DNA of 59,701 nt, taken from contig PHCO01000001.1 of NCBI GenBank assembly GCA_002842265.1, forward strand, positions 1 to 59,701. The letters are read 5' to 3'. Below are positions 33,078-42,103 of this stretch, one piece after another (the stretch's first letter is position 1; each line of letters begins with the position of its first letter). The notes beneath the pieces are model-generated. The model was given only the letters and a program-made list of their open reading frames with translations, was not told the DNA's origin and did not search any database. The stretch is from Betaproteobacteria bacterium HGW-Betaproteobacteria-18. GTDB taxonomy: Bacteria > Pseudomonadota > Gammaproteobacteria > Burkholderiales > Burkholderiaceae_C. Made by a program: the position numbers and the translations under genes.

Positions 33078-33923
33078 ATGAGAGAACTGCCCAATCCAAC
33101 TTTTGCCCTGTCCCCCCTGTCCCTGCCTAAAGGCTTGCTGCAGCGACCTGTCGTCTATTTCAAGGCTTCCGGCGCGCTCAAGGCGCCGCAGCCTGAGCGC
33201 GGTGCGCTGCTGGTGTCGTGGGCCAGGCACCAGGATGAAGTGCGCCAGGTCCAGCGCCTGCGCCATGAGGTGTTTGCCAAGGAAATGGGCGCCCGCCTGA
33301 ACACGCCCGTGCCGGGCCATGACATCGATCTGTTTGACAATTATTGCGAGCATTTGCTGGTGCGTGATGAAGCCACCCGCGAAGTGGTGGGTACCTACCG
33401 ATTGCTGACGCCAGCCCAGGCCAAACGCGTGGGCAGCACCTACAGCGATCTCGAATTCGACCTGACACGCCTGCGCAACCTGCGTGACCGCATGGTGGAA
33501 CTGGGTCGCAGTTGCGTCCATCCGGACTACCGCCATGGCGGCGTGATCATGGCGCTGTGGGGTGCGCTGGCTGAATTCATGCAGTGCAACAAGCTCGACA
33601 CCATGATCGGCTGCGCCAGCATTCCCATGCTGCACAACGGCGTGATCAGCGGCGACGTGGCCGCCAGCATCTGGCAGCAACTCAAGACCACGCATCTGGC
33701 GCCCATTGAACACCGTGTGCATGCGCGCTTGCCGCTGCCGGTGGAACAGCTCGATAGCAGCCTGGCGGTCGAGCCACCCGCCCTGATCAAGGGGTATTTG
33801 CGTCTGGGTGCCAAAATTTTGGGGGCGCCGGCGTGGGACCCCGACTTCAACACGGCGGATTTGCCCATGCTGATGCGCATCGACGATCTTCCCTCACGCT
33901 ACCGCAAGCACTTTTTGGGCTGA
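33078..33923 (+). CDS. olsB: GNAT N-acyltransferase, ornithine lipid synthase OlsB-like
   Basis: QRLRHEVF..EMG, D.D.FD..CEHLLV, VGTYRLL, ELGRSCVHPDYR, PALIKGYLRLGA, DPDFNTAD; AAGGAG SD. Confidence 0.85.
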   Translation: MRELPNPTFALSPLSLPKGLLQRPVVYFKASGALKAPQPERGALLVSWARHQDEVRQVQRLRHEVFAKEMGARLNTPVPGHDIDLFDNYCEHLLVRDEATREVVGTYRLLTPAQAKRVGSTYSDLEFDLTRLRNLRDRMVELGRSCVHPDYRHGGVIMALWGALAEFMQCNKLDTMIGCASIPMLHNGVISGDVAASIWQQLKTTHLAPIEHRVHARLPLPVEQLDSSLAVEPPALIKGYLRLGAKILGAPAWDPDFNTADLPMLMRIDDLPSRYRKHFLG

Positions 33924-33929
33924 TCGCGC

Positions 33930-34394
33930 CTACAGCAGTTCGGGTGTTTGCACCGAGACGACCAGGGTTTGCAGCAGGGCATCGCGCTGGCGGCTGCGCA
34001 GCCACCAGACGGCGCCTTTTTTGACCGGGCACTCGGTATCGCTGAGCCCAATCAATTGGGCAATGGTTTGCCCCAAGGTGGGTTGATGGCCCACCACCAG
34101 CACGCATCCCTTGGCGTCTGGCCACTGCGCCAATTCCAGCAACTGGGCCACCGTGCAGCCTGGCCCGAGTTCCTCTTTGGTCTTGAACTTTCGACCCAAG
34201 GCGTGCGCGGTCTGCTCGGCGCGGCGCGCCGGACTGACAAAAATTCGGGTGTTGTCGGGCAATTGGCGGTCCAGCCAGCCGGCCATGCGTGCCGCCTGCT
34301 TTTCGCCGCGCGCCGTCAGGCGCCGGGCCATGTCGTCACAGCCTTGCGTCCATTCCTGCGCCTCAGCATGGCGCCACAAAATCAGGTCCATCAT
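33930..34394 (-). CDS. sixA: Phosphohistidine phosphatase SixA family
   Basis: LWRHAEA, R.LT..G..QA, SPARRA.QT, VGHQP. Confidence 0.88.
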   Translation of the reverse strand: MMDLILWRHAEAQEWTQGCDDMARRLTARGEKQAARMAGWLDRQLPDNTRIFVSPARRAEQTAHALGRKFKTKEELGPGCTVAQLLELAQWPDAKGCVLVVGHQPTLGQTIAQLIGLSDTECPVKKGAVWWLRSRQRDALLQTLVVSVQTPELL

Positions 34395-34413
34395 GGCAAT
34401 GTAGCCACGAAAT

Positions 34414-34431
34414 ATGACAGTTTAAAGACAG
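34414..34431 (-). promoter_or_regulatory. Pho box upstream of sixA
   Basis: Minus strand CTGTCTT-TAAA-CTGTCAT, close to the CTGTCAT-N4-CTGTCAY consensus. Confidence 0.7.
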
Positions 34432-34465
34432 GACAGGGAAGTCGGGCAAGCCGCGATGGCATGGT

Positions 34466-35782
34466 TCAGGCTCCGGCTTGCCGGTCGGCTTGCAGCGCCG
34501 CCGAGCGCCCGCGCTGCATGTTCACCGGCACCAGCAGCAACAGGCCCAGCACAAACAGCACCGAGGTGCTCAGGATGGCGGTGCGCTGGTCGCCACCGGT
34601 GGCCCAGGTGATGGAGCCGTAGCTCAAGGGGCCGACGATGCTGGCCAGGCGGATGGCGAAGGTCCACAGGCCGTAAAACTCGGCCACCTGGCGCTGTGGC
34701 GCAAAGACGCCCGCCATGGCACGTCCGGCCGACTGGCTGCTGCCCATGCACAGGCCGGCGATCACCGCGGCGTACCAGAAGCCGCCTTTGGTGGTGCTCA
34801 TGCCGGCGATGATGCAGGTGGCGATCCAGCCCAGCAACGTGCTGGCCAGCGCAATCTTGTGGCCGATGCGATCCTGCAGGTAACCCCATGAAAAGGCGCC
34901 CGCCGCCGCGGCAATGTTGAGCACAAAGATCAACACCATGGTTTCCTGCTGCGCAAAGCCGATCACCCGCTCGGCATAAATGGCGGCCAGCGCAATCGCC
35001 ACTGCCACGCCGGCCTGGTAGCACACCGCGCACGCCAGCAGCCACATGAAGTCCTTGAATTGCCTGGCCTGCATAAAGGTGCGGTGCAACTGCTGCATGG
35101 CGGCCTTGAAGCCGCCTTGTCCCAGCGCTGCCGGGTTGGGTTGGGCGCGCTCCTTGAGCAGGGCGAAGGTGACCAGCGCGGCTGAGCCATACAGCGCTGC
35201 CGTGATCAGCATCGTGACCGGCACAAACTGCGCTGCGCTCTGGCCCTGGCCCTGCGCCCACAGCACATAGGCCAGGCACAGCCCGAGCGCCAGCATGCCG
35301 CCAAAGTAGCCAAAGCTCCAGCCCCAACCGCTGACCTTGCCGAGCGAGTCGGTGCGCGCCAATTCAGGCAAAAATGCTGCCGTCATCGATTCACCCCAGG
35401 CGTAAAAGGTGTTGGAGACCACGATCAACACCACCGCCAGCGCCACACTGCCGGGGCCGACCAGCGCCAGCGCCGCCGTGGCCAGCACGCAGCCTGCCGT
35501 GAACAGCGTGAGTAGCCGCTTCTTGGCAGCGCGCAGGTCGGCGTAGGCGCCCAGGCTGGGCATGGTCAACATGACGATGGCGTTGGACAGACTCAGAGCC
35601 GCCGTCCAGGCAAAGGTGGCCCAGGGTGCGCCTTGCGCCACGCCGCCGACAAAATAGGCGGCAAAGACGGCGGTGATGACCACCGTGGTGTAGCCCGAGT
35701 TGGCGAAGTCGTACATGGCCCAGCCAAAGACCTCGCGCTTGCGCACACCGGGTTGCAGCGCGTCCTGCGAAAAAAGAGTCAT
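34466..35782 (-). CDS. MFS transporter (UMF1/Atg22-like)
   Basis: WAMYDFANSGY, about 12 hydrophobic segments, GKVSGWGWSFGYFGG, SQSAGRA. Confidence 0.9.
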   Translation of the reverse strand: MTLFSQDALQPGVRKREVFGWAMYDFANSGYTTVVITAVFAAYFVGGVAQGAPWATFAWTAALSLSNAIVMLTMPSLGAYADLRAAKKRLLTLFTAGCVLATAALALVGPGSVALAVVLIVVSNTFYAWGESMTAAFLPELARTDSLGKVSGWGWSFGYFGGMLALGLCLAYVLWAQGQGQSAAQFVPVTMLITAALYGSAALVTFALLKERAQPNPAALGQGGFKAAMQQLHRTFMQARQFKDFMWLLACAVCYQAGVAVAIALAAIYAERVIGFAQQETMVLIFVLNIAAAAGAFSWGYLQDRIGHKIALASTLLGWIATCIIAGMSTTKGGFWYAAVIAGLCMGSSQSAGRAMAGVFAPQRQVAEFYGLWTFAIRLASIVGPLSYGSITWATGGDQRTAILSTSVLFVLGLLLLVPVNMQRGRSAALQADRQAGA

Positions 35783-35799
35783 GCTTTCCTTTAATCAGT

Positions 35800-35838
35800 T
35801 GGGGTCAGAGCACGTCGCTACGCGAGTGGTCTGACCCG
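35800..35838. repeat. GGGTCAGA...TCTGACCC palindromic REP-like hairpin
   Basis: GGGTCAGA-GCAC-GTCGC-TAC-GCGA-GTGG-TCTGACCC in the intergenic region. Confidence 0.55.
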
Positions 35839-35851
35839 CAAGGTCTCAAAT

Positions 35852-36811
35852 TTATTGGGCGCCGCCAATTGCCACCAGCCAAGCCTTCAGTTCGGCAAAC
35901 ACCTGTGCTCTGGCCTCGGGTTGTGACAGTACCAGGTCGTGGATGCCGTCTTTAATCGCCACCAGTTTGACCTTAGGCCCCAGGCCAGGGGCCAGACGCG
36001 CAATATCGGCCACATCGAGCACGACGTCCGTGCTCATGGCCTCTTCCGACCACTCCTTGGGCCAGCTGCTGCGCCGGGCGTGCAGCACCAGCACCGGGCA
36101 CTGGATCGACAGCCCCCGGGCAACCTCGGCATGGGCGCGGTGCATGGCATGGAGCCAGCCGGCATAGATCGGGAAGCCTGCAATGGGTTTCCACAGCGTG
36201 TTGTAGCGCCAGGCGCCATGCTGTTCCACGTGCAGACTCTGGCCGTAAACGGTGGTCACCACAGGGACGACCAGGCGCGGCCACCATGCTCCCAGGGCCG
36301 CCAGCAAGGGCTCCAGAAAGCGTTCCTGCCAGGGCGGCAGGTTCATGTCGAGAAAAGGGCTGTTCAGGAACAGCGCATTCACCGCCGATTTATTTTTGCC
36401 ACGGTGCGCGTACAAGACCGCCACCAGCCCACCGGTGGAATGGCCATTGAGCAGCAGCCAATCAACGGCTTCGCTGGTTTTCAGGACGTGAATGGCCGCA
36501 TCGACATCCTCCAGGTAGTCGTCGATGGCGCGGGTGAAGTTGGGCAACTGGTGGGCGCGCATGGCGCGGCCGTGGCGGCGCAGCTCGAGCGAATAGAAAT
36601 GCAAACCGGCCTGGTTGTAAAAGTCTGCCAGATGGGTCTGAAAGAAGTAATCCACATAGCCATGCACATACAGCACAGCCCTGGCGCCAGTGCTATTGCA
36701 GCGCCGGCGCACCAGCACGGCATCCGCCGGACCATCAAAGGCCATCGGCCCGCTCAAGGTGGTTTGCTCGAAGCCAGGCAGCACATCGGGCGTCCAGCTG
36801 GTCTGTTGCAT
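35852..36811 (-). CDS. Alpha/beta hydrolase (lysophospholipase/monoglyceride lipase-like)
   Basis: LYVHGYVDYFF, GHSTGG, D.VLD, HDLVLS. Confidence 0.88.
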   Translation of the reverse strand: MQQTSWTPDVLPGFEQTTLSGPMAFDGPADAVLVRRRCNSTGARAVLYVHGYVDYFFQTHLADFYNQAGLHFYSLELRRHGRAMRAHQLPNFTRAIDDYLEDVDAAIHVLKTSEAVDWLLLNGHSTGGLVAVLYAHRGKNKSAVNALFLNSPFLDMNLPPWQERFLEPLLAALGAWWPRLVVPVVTTVYGQSLHVEQHGAWRYNTLWKPIAGFPIYAGWLHAMHRAHAEVARGLSIQCPVLVLHARRSSWPKEWSEEAMSTDVVLDVADIARLAPGLGPKVKLVAIKDGIHDLVLSQPEARAQVFAELKAWLVAIGGAQ

Positions 36812-36943
36812 AGGTGTCCCAGAAAAAAATACCAAGACGGGCATGTTAACAAGGCGCTGCCCCCGGCAGTCCCTCGCCATGACGGGTCATGAATTTTTGC
36901 TGCGGACAATTCAAGCGGGACGATTCACACAATCTTCTTGCTT

Positions 36944-36961
36944 CGGTCACGGGCTTGTCAC
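36944..36961 (+). promoter_or_regulatory. Pho box upstream of phoX
   Basis: CGGTCAC-GGGC-TTGTCAC (11-nt period); an in-phase degenerate unit GATTCAC lies at 36922. Confidence 0.7.
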
Positions 36962-37008
36962 ACGCGCCCTCTAGATTCAAGTTCTCATCAACGCAAAGGA
37001 GCTTTTTT

Positions 37009-38976
37009 ATGACCCGACCCACTTCAGCCATGTCCCTGACTTCTGAAAACGCCTTGTCTGTGCTTGGCACTGCCGCAAGCCAGGTCAACCTGCCGCGCCG
37101 CCACGTGCTCAAAGGTGCACTGGGTGGCTTCACGGCCGTGGGCCTGAGCAGCTTTGGCCTGAGCGCCTGCGGCGGCAGCGACGCCGCCCCTGTGACCGCC
37201 ACGGGTGTGGAATTCATCGGTATGCCCGCCGCCATGACCGACGCACAACGCGCCACCAACTTCACCAGTGCCAGCGTCAAGATCGCTTATTCCGATGCAA
37301 CCACGAAAACCCAAGCGCTCACCTACAACACCATCTTCAAAACCGGGGACACGCTCAAGAACGGCAGCGCCGACGTGATTGCCGGCGCCTACTACGACAT
37401 CGACGGCAACCCGATCATCGACAACTCCGTCCCGGCGTCTGCCGAGCCGTTCTATTCCGACTGCCCGGACGGCAATTCTCTGCTGGCCCTGGCCAACCCG
37501 ACCGTGCCCGGCGTCACCGGCAACACCTTGTTCCTGGTGACGCAATACGAGTACAAGACCATCAACAACGCCAGTGTCAGCATGTACGGCAAGCTGCCCT
37601 CACAAATCACCGTGACCTCGCTGGACCAGAACAAGACCTCCGGCGCGCTCAAGGCGGTCAAGCATTTCAACGTGGACACCAAGCCAGTGCATGGGCTCTG
37701 GATCACCTGCGCCTCCAGTTTGTCGCCGTGGAACACCCACTTGTCGAGCGAAGAGTACGAGCCCGATGCCGTGAACATCGCGACCAACACAATGTTTCAG
37801 GACTTCAGTCAGAACCTGTTTGGCAACCCCACAGCCGCCAATCCCTACCACTACGCGCACGTGCCCGAAGTCACTGTCAATCCCGATGGCACGGCCAGCA
37901 TCAAGAAGCATTACTGCCTGGGCCGCGTTGCCCGCGAACTGGTCGAGGTGTGCCCCGACAACAAGACCGTGCTGATGGGCGACGACGGCGCCAACACCGG
38001 CCTGTTCATGTTCATTGCCGACAAGGAAAAAGACCTGAGCGCCGGCACACTTTATGTGGCCAAGTGGACGCAGACTTCGGCCACGGCAGGTGGTACCGCC
38101 ACGCTGGGCTGGATCAAGCTGGGCAGCGCCAGTAGCGACGATGTGAAGGGTCTGGCGGACACTTTGACGGCCAGCGACATCGTGACCGTCAGCACCAGCG
38201 ACCCGGCACTTGCCACGCCAGCAGACACCAGTTTCACCAAGATCGCCTTCAACGGCGTTACCGAGTGGGTCAAGTTTGCGCCGGGCAAGGAAATCGCCGC
38301 AGCCTTCCTGGAAACCCACCGCTACGCCGCATTCCTGGGTGCCTCCATGGAGTTCAGCAAGATGGAGGGCGTGGCGCTCAACCGAAAGGACAAGCTGGCC
38401 TACGTGGCCATGTCGCGCATCGAGAAAAGCATGAGCGATGGCGTCGGCGACATTCAGGTCGGTAAGATCAGCGCCGGCGCTACCTACGAACTCCAGCTTG
38501 CCGCCGCGCAGAAGGACAACACAGACACTGCCATCGGCAGCACATGGGTGCCCACCGTGATGACGGCCATCCCGGCCCTGGTCGGTGAAGATCAGGCCGC
38601 TGATGCCGTGGGCAATTCCGCCAATGTGGACAAAATTTCCAACGCTGACAACCTCAAATTCTCGGAAAAGTTGCGCACGCTGTTCATCGGCGAAGACTCC
38701 GGTCAGCACGTCAACAACTTTGTCTGGGCTTATAACGTGGACACCAAAAAGCTATCGCGCATTTTGTCGGTGCCCGCAGGCGCTGAGGCGACTGGTCTTG
38801 ACGTGGTGGACAACCTCAATGGTTTTTCCTACATCCTGGGAAACTTCCAGCATCCGGGCGATTGGGGCGTGATCCATTCGATCATCAAAGCGGGGGTTGA
38901 GCCGCTGATCAATGCCAACTGGAACAACAGGAAGAGCGCGGCCATCGGCTACATCAGCGGCGTTCCTGTACTTTGA
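37009..38976 (+). CDS. phoX: PhoX-family (DUF839) alkaline phosphatase, Tat-exported lipoprotein
   Basis: RRHVLK twin-Arg plus LSAC lipobox; CA...SPWNTHLSSEE, LGR.ARE, MGDD, GTLYVAKW, KMEG, NADNL, IGED, GAEATG, NFQHPG; AAGGAG SD and Pho box. Confidence 0.88.
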   Translation: MTRPTSAMSLTSENALSVLGTAASQVNLPRRHVLKGALGGFTAVGLSSFGLSACGGSDAAPVTATGVEFIGMPAAMTDAQRATNFTSASVKIAYSDATTKTQALTYNTIFKTGDTLKNGSADVIAGAYYDIDGNPIIDNSVPASAEPFYSDCPDGNSLLALANPTVPGVTGNTLFLVTQYEYKTINNASVSMYGKLPSQITVTSLDQNKTSGALKAVKHFNVDTKPVHGLWITCASSLSPWNTHLSSEEYEPDAVNIATNTMFQDFSQNLFGNPTAANPYHYAHVPEVTVNPDGTASIKKHYCLGRVARELVEVCPDNKTVLMGDDGANTGLFMFIADKEKDLSAGTLYVAKWTQTSATAGGTATLGWIKLGSASSDDVKGLADTLTASDIVTVSTSDPALATPADTSFTKIAFNGVTEWVKFAPGKEIAAAFLETHRYAAFLGASMEFSKMEGVALNRKDKLAYVAMSRIEKSMSDGVGDIQVGKISAGATYELQLAAAQKDNTDTAIGSTWVPTVMTAIPALVGEDQAADAVGNSANVDKISNADNLKFSEKLRTLFIGEDSGQHVNNFVWAYNVDTKKLSRILSVPAGAEATGLDVVDNLNGFSYILGNFQHPGDWGVIHSIIKAGVEPLINANWNNRKSAAIGYISGVPVL

Positions 38977-39132
38977 GAGTGAGGTGAGAGTGACATTGTG
39001 GCGGCGCATGTCGCTCTCGATAATTGGTCCGAGTCGGTGATGGCTTCTTGCGAATAATCAAGCGTTGATCTTGCCAGACAGGGAAACTACACGGCGATAA
39101 GTCAGGGAGTTTCAATTTTCAGGAGATCAATC

Positions 39133-39543
39133 ATGAAACAGTCGTCAGTGTATTTGACAGGACTTTTGGTGGCTCTGGCTGTCGTGAACAGCGCAAGTTT
39201 TGCGCAGTCCAGTGTTGACTTTGGGAAAAATGAGTACGCGGCCAGTTGTGCCAGTTGTCATGGCGTCTCTGCCAAAGGTGATGGCCCGGTGAGCAAGCAC
39301 CTGACCAAAGCGCCTTCCGATCTCACTACCCTGGCCAAACGCAACGGTGGGGTGTTTCCGACCCAGTATGCATGGGAAGTGATCGACGGCAGAACGTCGG
39401 TTCTGATTGGGGTTCACGGTGCGCGCGCGATGCCGGTCTGGGGCTACATTTACCGGGCCGAGGACACCCAGCCCGCTGACCTGCATGCACGCAACCGCAT
39501 TGGCTCCCTGCTCGACTACCTGTCGCGCATCCAGGTGAAATAG
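39133..39543 (+). CDS. Monoheme cytochrome c
   Basis: Signal peptide, CASCHG heme motif, distal Met in HG.RAMPVWG. Confidence 0.9.
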   Translation: MKQSSVYLTGLLVALAVVNSASFAQSSVDFGKNEYAASCASCHGVSAKGDGPVSKHLTKAPSDLTTLAKRNGGVFPTQYAWEVIDGRTSVLIGVHGARAMPVWGYIYRAEDTQPADLHARNRIGSLLDYLSRIQVK

Positions 39544-39563
39544 CGTTCCCGGACACCTGAATC

Positions 39564-40187
39564 ATGTTTCGTGATCGTGATGAAGCGGCCCATCGGCTGG
39601 CCGACAAACTCAATGCCTACCGGGGCAAGCATCCGCTGATTCTGGGGATTCCGCGCGGCGCGGTGCCGATGGCCAAAGTCATCGCCGACAAGCTGAACGG
39701 TGAACTCGATGTGGTGCTGGTGCGCAAATTGCGTGCGCCGGGGCAGCCAGAACTGGCCATTGGCTCAGTCGATGAGAGTGGCTGGACTTATCTGGTCGAT
39801 TTCGCTGAAGTTTATGGTGGCAGTGCCGACTACATTGAGGCCGAGAAGCGTGTCCAGATGGAGACCATTCGCCAGCGTCGCGTCCAGTACACCCCGATTC
39901 GCCCTCCCATCAGCCCCAGTGGACGCATTGTGATCGTGATTGACGATGGTCTGGCCACCGGTGCCACCATGATCTCTGCGCTGCATGGCTTGCGTGCCAA
40001 GAAGCCCGCCAGACTCATTTGTGCCATCCCCGTTGCGCCACCCGACACGCTGGCCAAAGTGGCTGACCTGGCGGACGAGGTGGTGTGTCTTGAAGCGCCC
40101 CCGTTTTTCCGGGCAGTGGGGCAGTTCTACCGGCACTTTCCTCAAGTGGATGACGACGAAGTGATCGCGATACTGCAGAAATCCTGA
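39564..40187 (+). CDS. Phosphoribosyltransferase family protein
   Basis: MFRDR.EA, GIPRGAVP, VRKL..P..PELAIG, VIDDGLATGAT PRPP loop, AVGQFY. Confidence 0.9.
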   Translation: MFRDRDEAAHRLADKLNAYRGKHPLILGIPRGAVPMAKVIADKLNGELDVVLVRKLRAPGQPELAIGSVDESGWTYLVDFAEVYGGSADYIEAEKRVQMETIRQRRVQYTPIRPPISPSGRIVIVIDDGLATGATMISALHGLRAKKPARLICAIPVAPPDTLAKVADLADEVVCLEAPPFFRAVGQFYRHFPQVDDDEVIAILQKS

Positions 40188-40202
40188 ATCAGATACCCCG
40201 CG

Positions 40203-40637
40203 TCAGTCTTTTGAGGGGCGTCCCGTCTTGATTGCGGGAACGGCTTTGAGTGCGGCTAAAAAAAGGGCATCTGGCATGGCTGCCAAGGTTTTGATGCCAG
40301 CCCGGATCAGTTCGTTTTTTTTGACCGGACTGCCCAGTTTGCCGCCGCGCTGCTTGAGTTCTTCGAGTACCAGGTATTCAAGCTTTGGGATAGTCAAGCT
40401 GTCACGCACCAGTTTTGGTTTTTTGCCTTTGAGCAGCTTTTCGGATTTTGTTTTGACCGCAGGTGCCAATGCTGCTTTGGGTTCGGCTTTCACGGGGGCT
40501 TTGGGCGCGGGGTTGACAACTTGCCGGGTCGCAGTCTTGGAGGCTGCTTTTACGACCGATTTGGTCACCGTTTTCGCAGCGGTTCTTTTGACTGGCACTG
40601 TTAAGGATTCACTCTGGACTGTGGAGGACATGGTCAT
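40203..40637 (-). CDS. Hypothetical protein: Lys/Ala/Pro-rich (histone H1-like) N-terminus plus a putative ribbon-helix-helix C-terminus
   Basis: Low-complexity K/A/P/T/V region, then KLVRDSLTIPKLEY..LEELK...VKKNELIRAG; third gene downstream of ppk2. Confidence 0.75.
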   Translation of the reverse strand: MTMSSTVQSESLTVPVKRTAAKTVTKSVVKAASKTATRQVVNPAPKAPVKAEPKAALAPAVKTKSEKLLKGKKPKLVRDSLTIPKLEYLVLEELKQRGGKLGSPVKKNELIRAGIKTLAAMPDALFLAALKAVPAIKTGRPSKD

Positions 40638-40720
40638 TTTCCTGGAGTTAGGTGGTTCATGCAGTTTATTTTGTTGAAAGAAATCAAGTTGATCATCACG
40701 CGCAGGCTGCGTGCCAGGTT

Positions 40721-41677
40721 TCAATAGATTTCCGGCACCAGGATTTCATTGGGAACGGGCAGGCGCACATAGTTATCATTGCGTTCACGCGGTGGCAACA
40801 TGATCGACGGGTGTTCAACTTCCTGGTAGGGCAGTTGGCTCAACAGGTGGTGAATGCAATTGAGCCGGGCTTTTTTCTTGTCATCGGCCTGCACCACCCA
40901 CCAGGGTGATTCCGGGATGTGGGTGCGCTCGAACATGACTTCCTTGGCCTTGGTGTATTCCTCCCAGCGGCGGCGCGATTCCATGTCCATGGGGCTGAGT
41001 TTCCACTGTTTGAGGGGGTCATGAATGCGCCCTAAAAAACGCAGTTGTTGTTCCTCGTCTGAGACAGAAAACCAGTATTTGATGAGTTTGATGCCAGAGC
41101 GCACCAGCATTTTTTCGAACTCGGGCACGGAACGGAAAAATTCTTCGTACTGTTCGTCAGAGCAAAACCCCATGACTCGCTCCACCCCCGCCCGGTTGTA
41201 CCAACTGCGGTCGAACAAGACCATTTCGCCAGCACCAGGGAGGTGAGCTACATAGCGCTGGAAGTACCACTGGGTTTGCTCCCGCAAGTTGGGAGTCGGC
41301 AATGCTGCCACACGGCAGACCCGCGGATTCAGACGCTGCGTGATGCGTTTGATGGTGCCACCCTTGCCAGCAGCATCGCGCCCTTCAAACAAGATCACAA
41401 TTTTCTGGCCAGTTTTGACCACCCAGTCTTGCAGCTTGACCAGTTCACCTTGGAGCCGGAAAAGCTCGCGGAAATACAGTTTTCTGCTGTTTCTGTACTG
41501 CTCGGACTCCATGTCCAGGGCGCTCCCGGCCATGGTTTCGAGATTGCGGTCTTCGAGCTCCAGTTCGAACTCTTCGTCGTTGCTGTCGGCCAGATCGCGG
41601 CGGATGCGTTGGATGAGTTTTTTCTCGTTGATATCCAAATTCAACTCCATGGATGGTTTATTGTGGCTATTTGGCAT
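40721..41677 (-). CDS. ppk2: Polyphosphate kinase 2 (class I type)
   Basis: EGRDAAGKGG Walker A, WYFQRY, FDRSWYNRAGVERVMGFC, KQWKLSPMD. Confidence 0.96.
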   Translation of the reverse strand: MPNSHNKPSMELNLDINEKKLIQRIRRDLADSNDEEFELELEDRNLETMAGSALDMESEQYRNSRKLYFRELFRLQGELVKLQDWVVKTGQKIVILFEGRDAAGKGGTIKRITQRLNPRVCRVAALPTPNLREQTQWYFQRYVAHLPGAGEMVLFDRSWYNRAGVERVMGFCSDEQYEEFFRSVPEFEKMLVRSGIKLIKYWFSVSDEEQQLRFLGRIHDPLKQWKLSPMDMESRRRWEEYTKAKEVMFERTHIPESPWWVVQADDKKKARLNCIHHLLSQLPYQEVEHPSIMLPPRERNDNYVRLPVPNEILVPEIY

Positions 41678-41689
41678 GGCTGTGAGCGC

Positions 41690-41974
41690 TTATTTCCCGG
41701 CTGACACGGGTGAATCCTGGGGGATTTGGCTCAAGGCCTGCACCATGGTGCTCGAATCGAGCAGGCGCAGCTTGCTGGCGTAATGCCGGTCGAGTCGCCA
41801 CTCGTTCAATATTTCCAGGGCCAGCTCGAAACGCTTGTCGTCGAGCTTGTAAAGTTGCGCCACCGAGATGCTGGTTTCGCTTTCGAGTGCCAGCACCAAT
41901 GCAGCAATGATCTGCGCGGCTGGGTCGTCCGGGGTGGCTTCTATCAGTTTGCGGGCTTTTTTGATGGCAAGCAT
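41690..41974 (-). CDS. Small hypothetical protein upstream of ppk2 (start 41974 or 41992)
   Basis: Helical ~94-aa ORF (LVLALESE...LY.LD...FELAL.IL.EWRLDR.Y) ending 12 nt before the ppk2 start. Confidence 0.75.
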   Translation of the reverse strand: MLAIKKARKLIEATPDDPAAQIIAALVLALESETSISVAQLYKLDDKRFELALEILNEWRLDRHYASKLRLLDSSTMVQALSQIPQDSPVSAGK

Positions 41975-42103
41975 GTGTTTATTTCCATTCAAGGTTGTGC
42001 TGATGGTCCCCGTAAGACGACCTGCTTGTCAGAGGGTTGCGATATCAGTGAGCGGTTGGTATTCCCGTTTTCCCTAGGATAGCCGATGCCCATCGTATAT
42101 TTG

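Noticed and set aside
31824-33722. 632-aa minus-strand ORF
   Set aside because: Antisense to the CHAD, olsA-like and olsB genes, which have clear family motifs.
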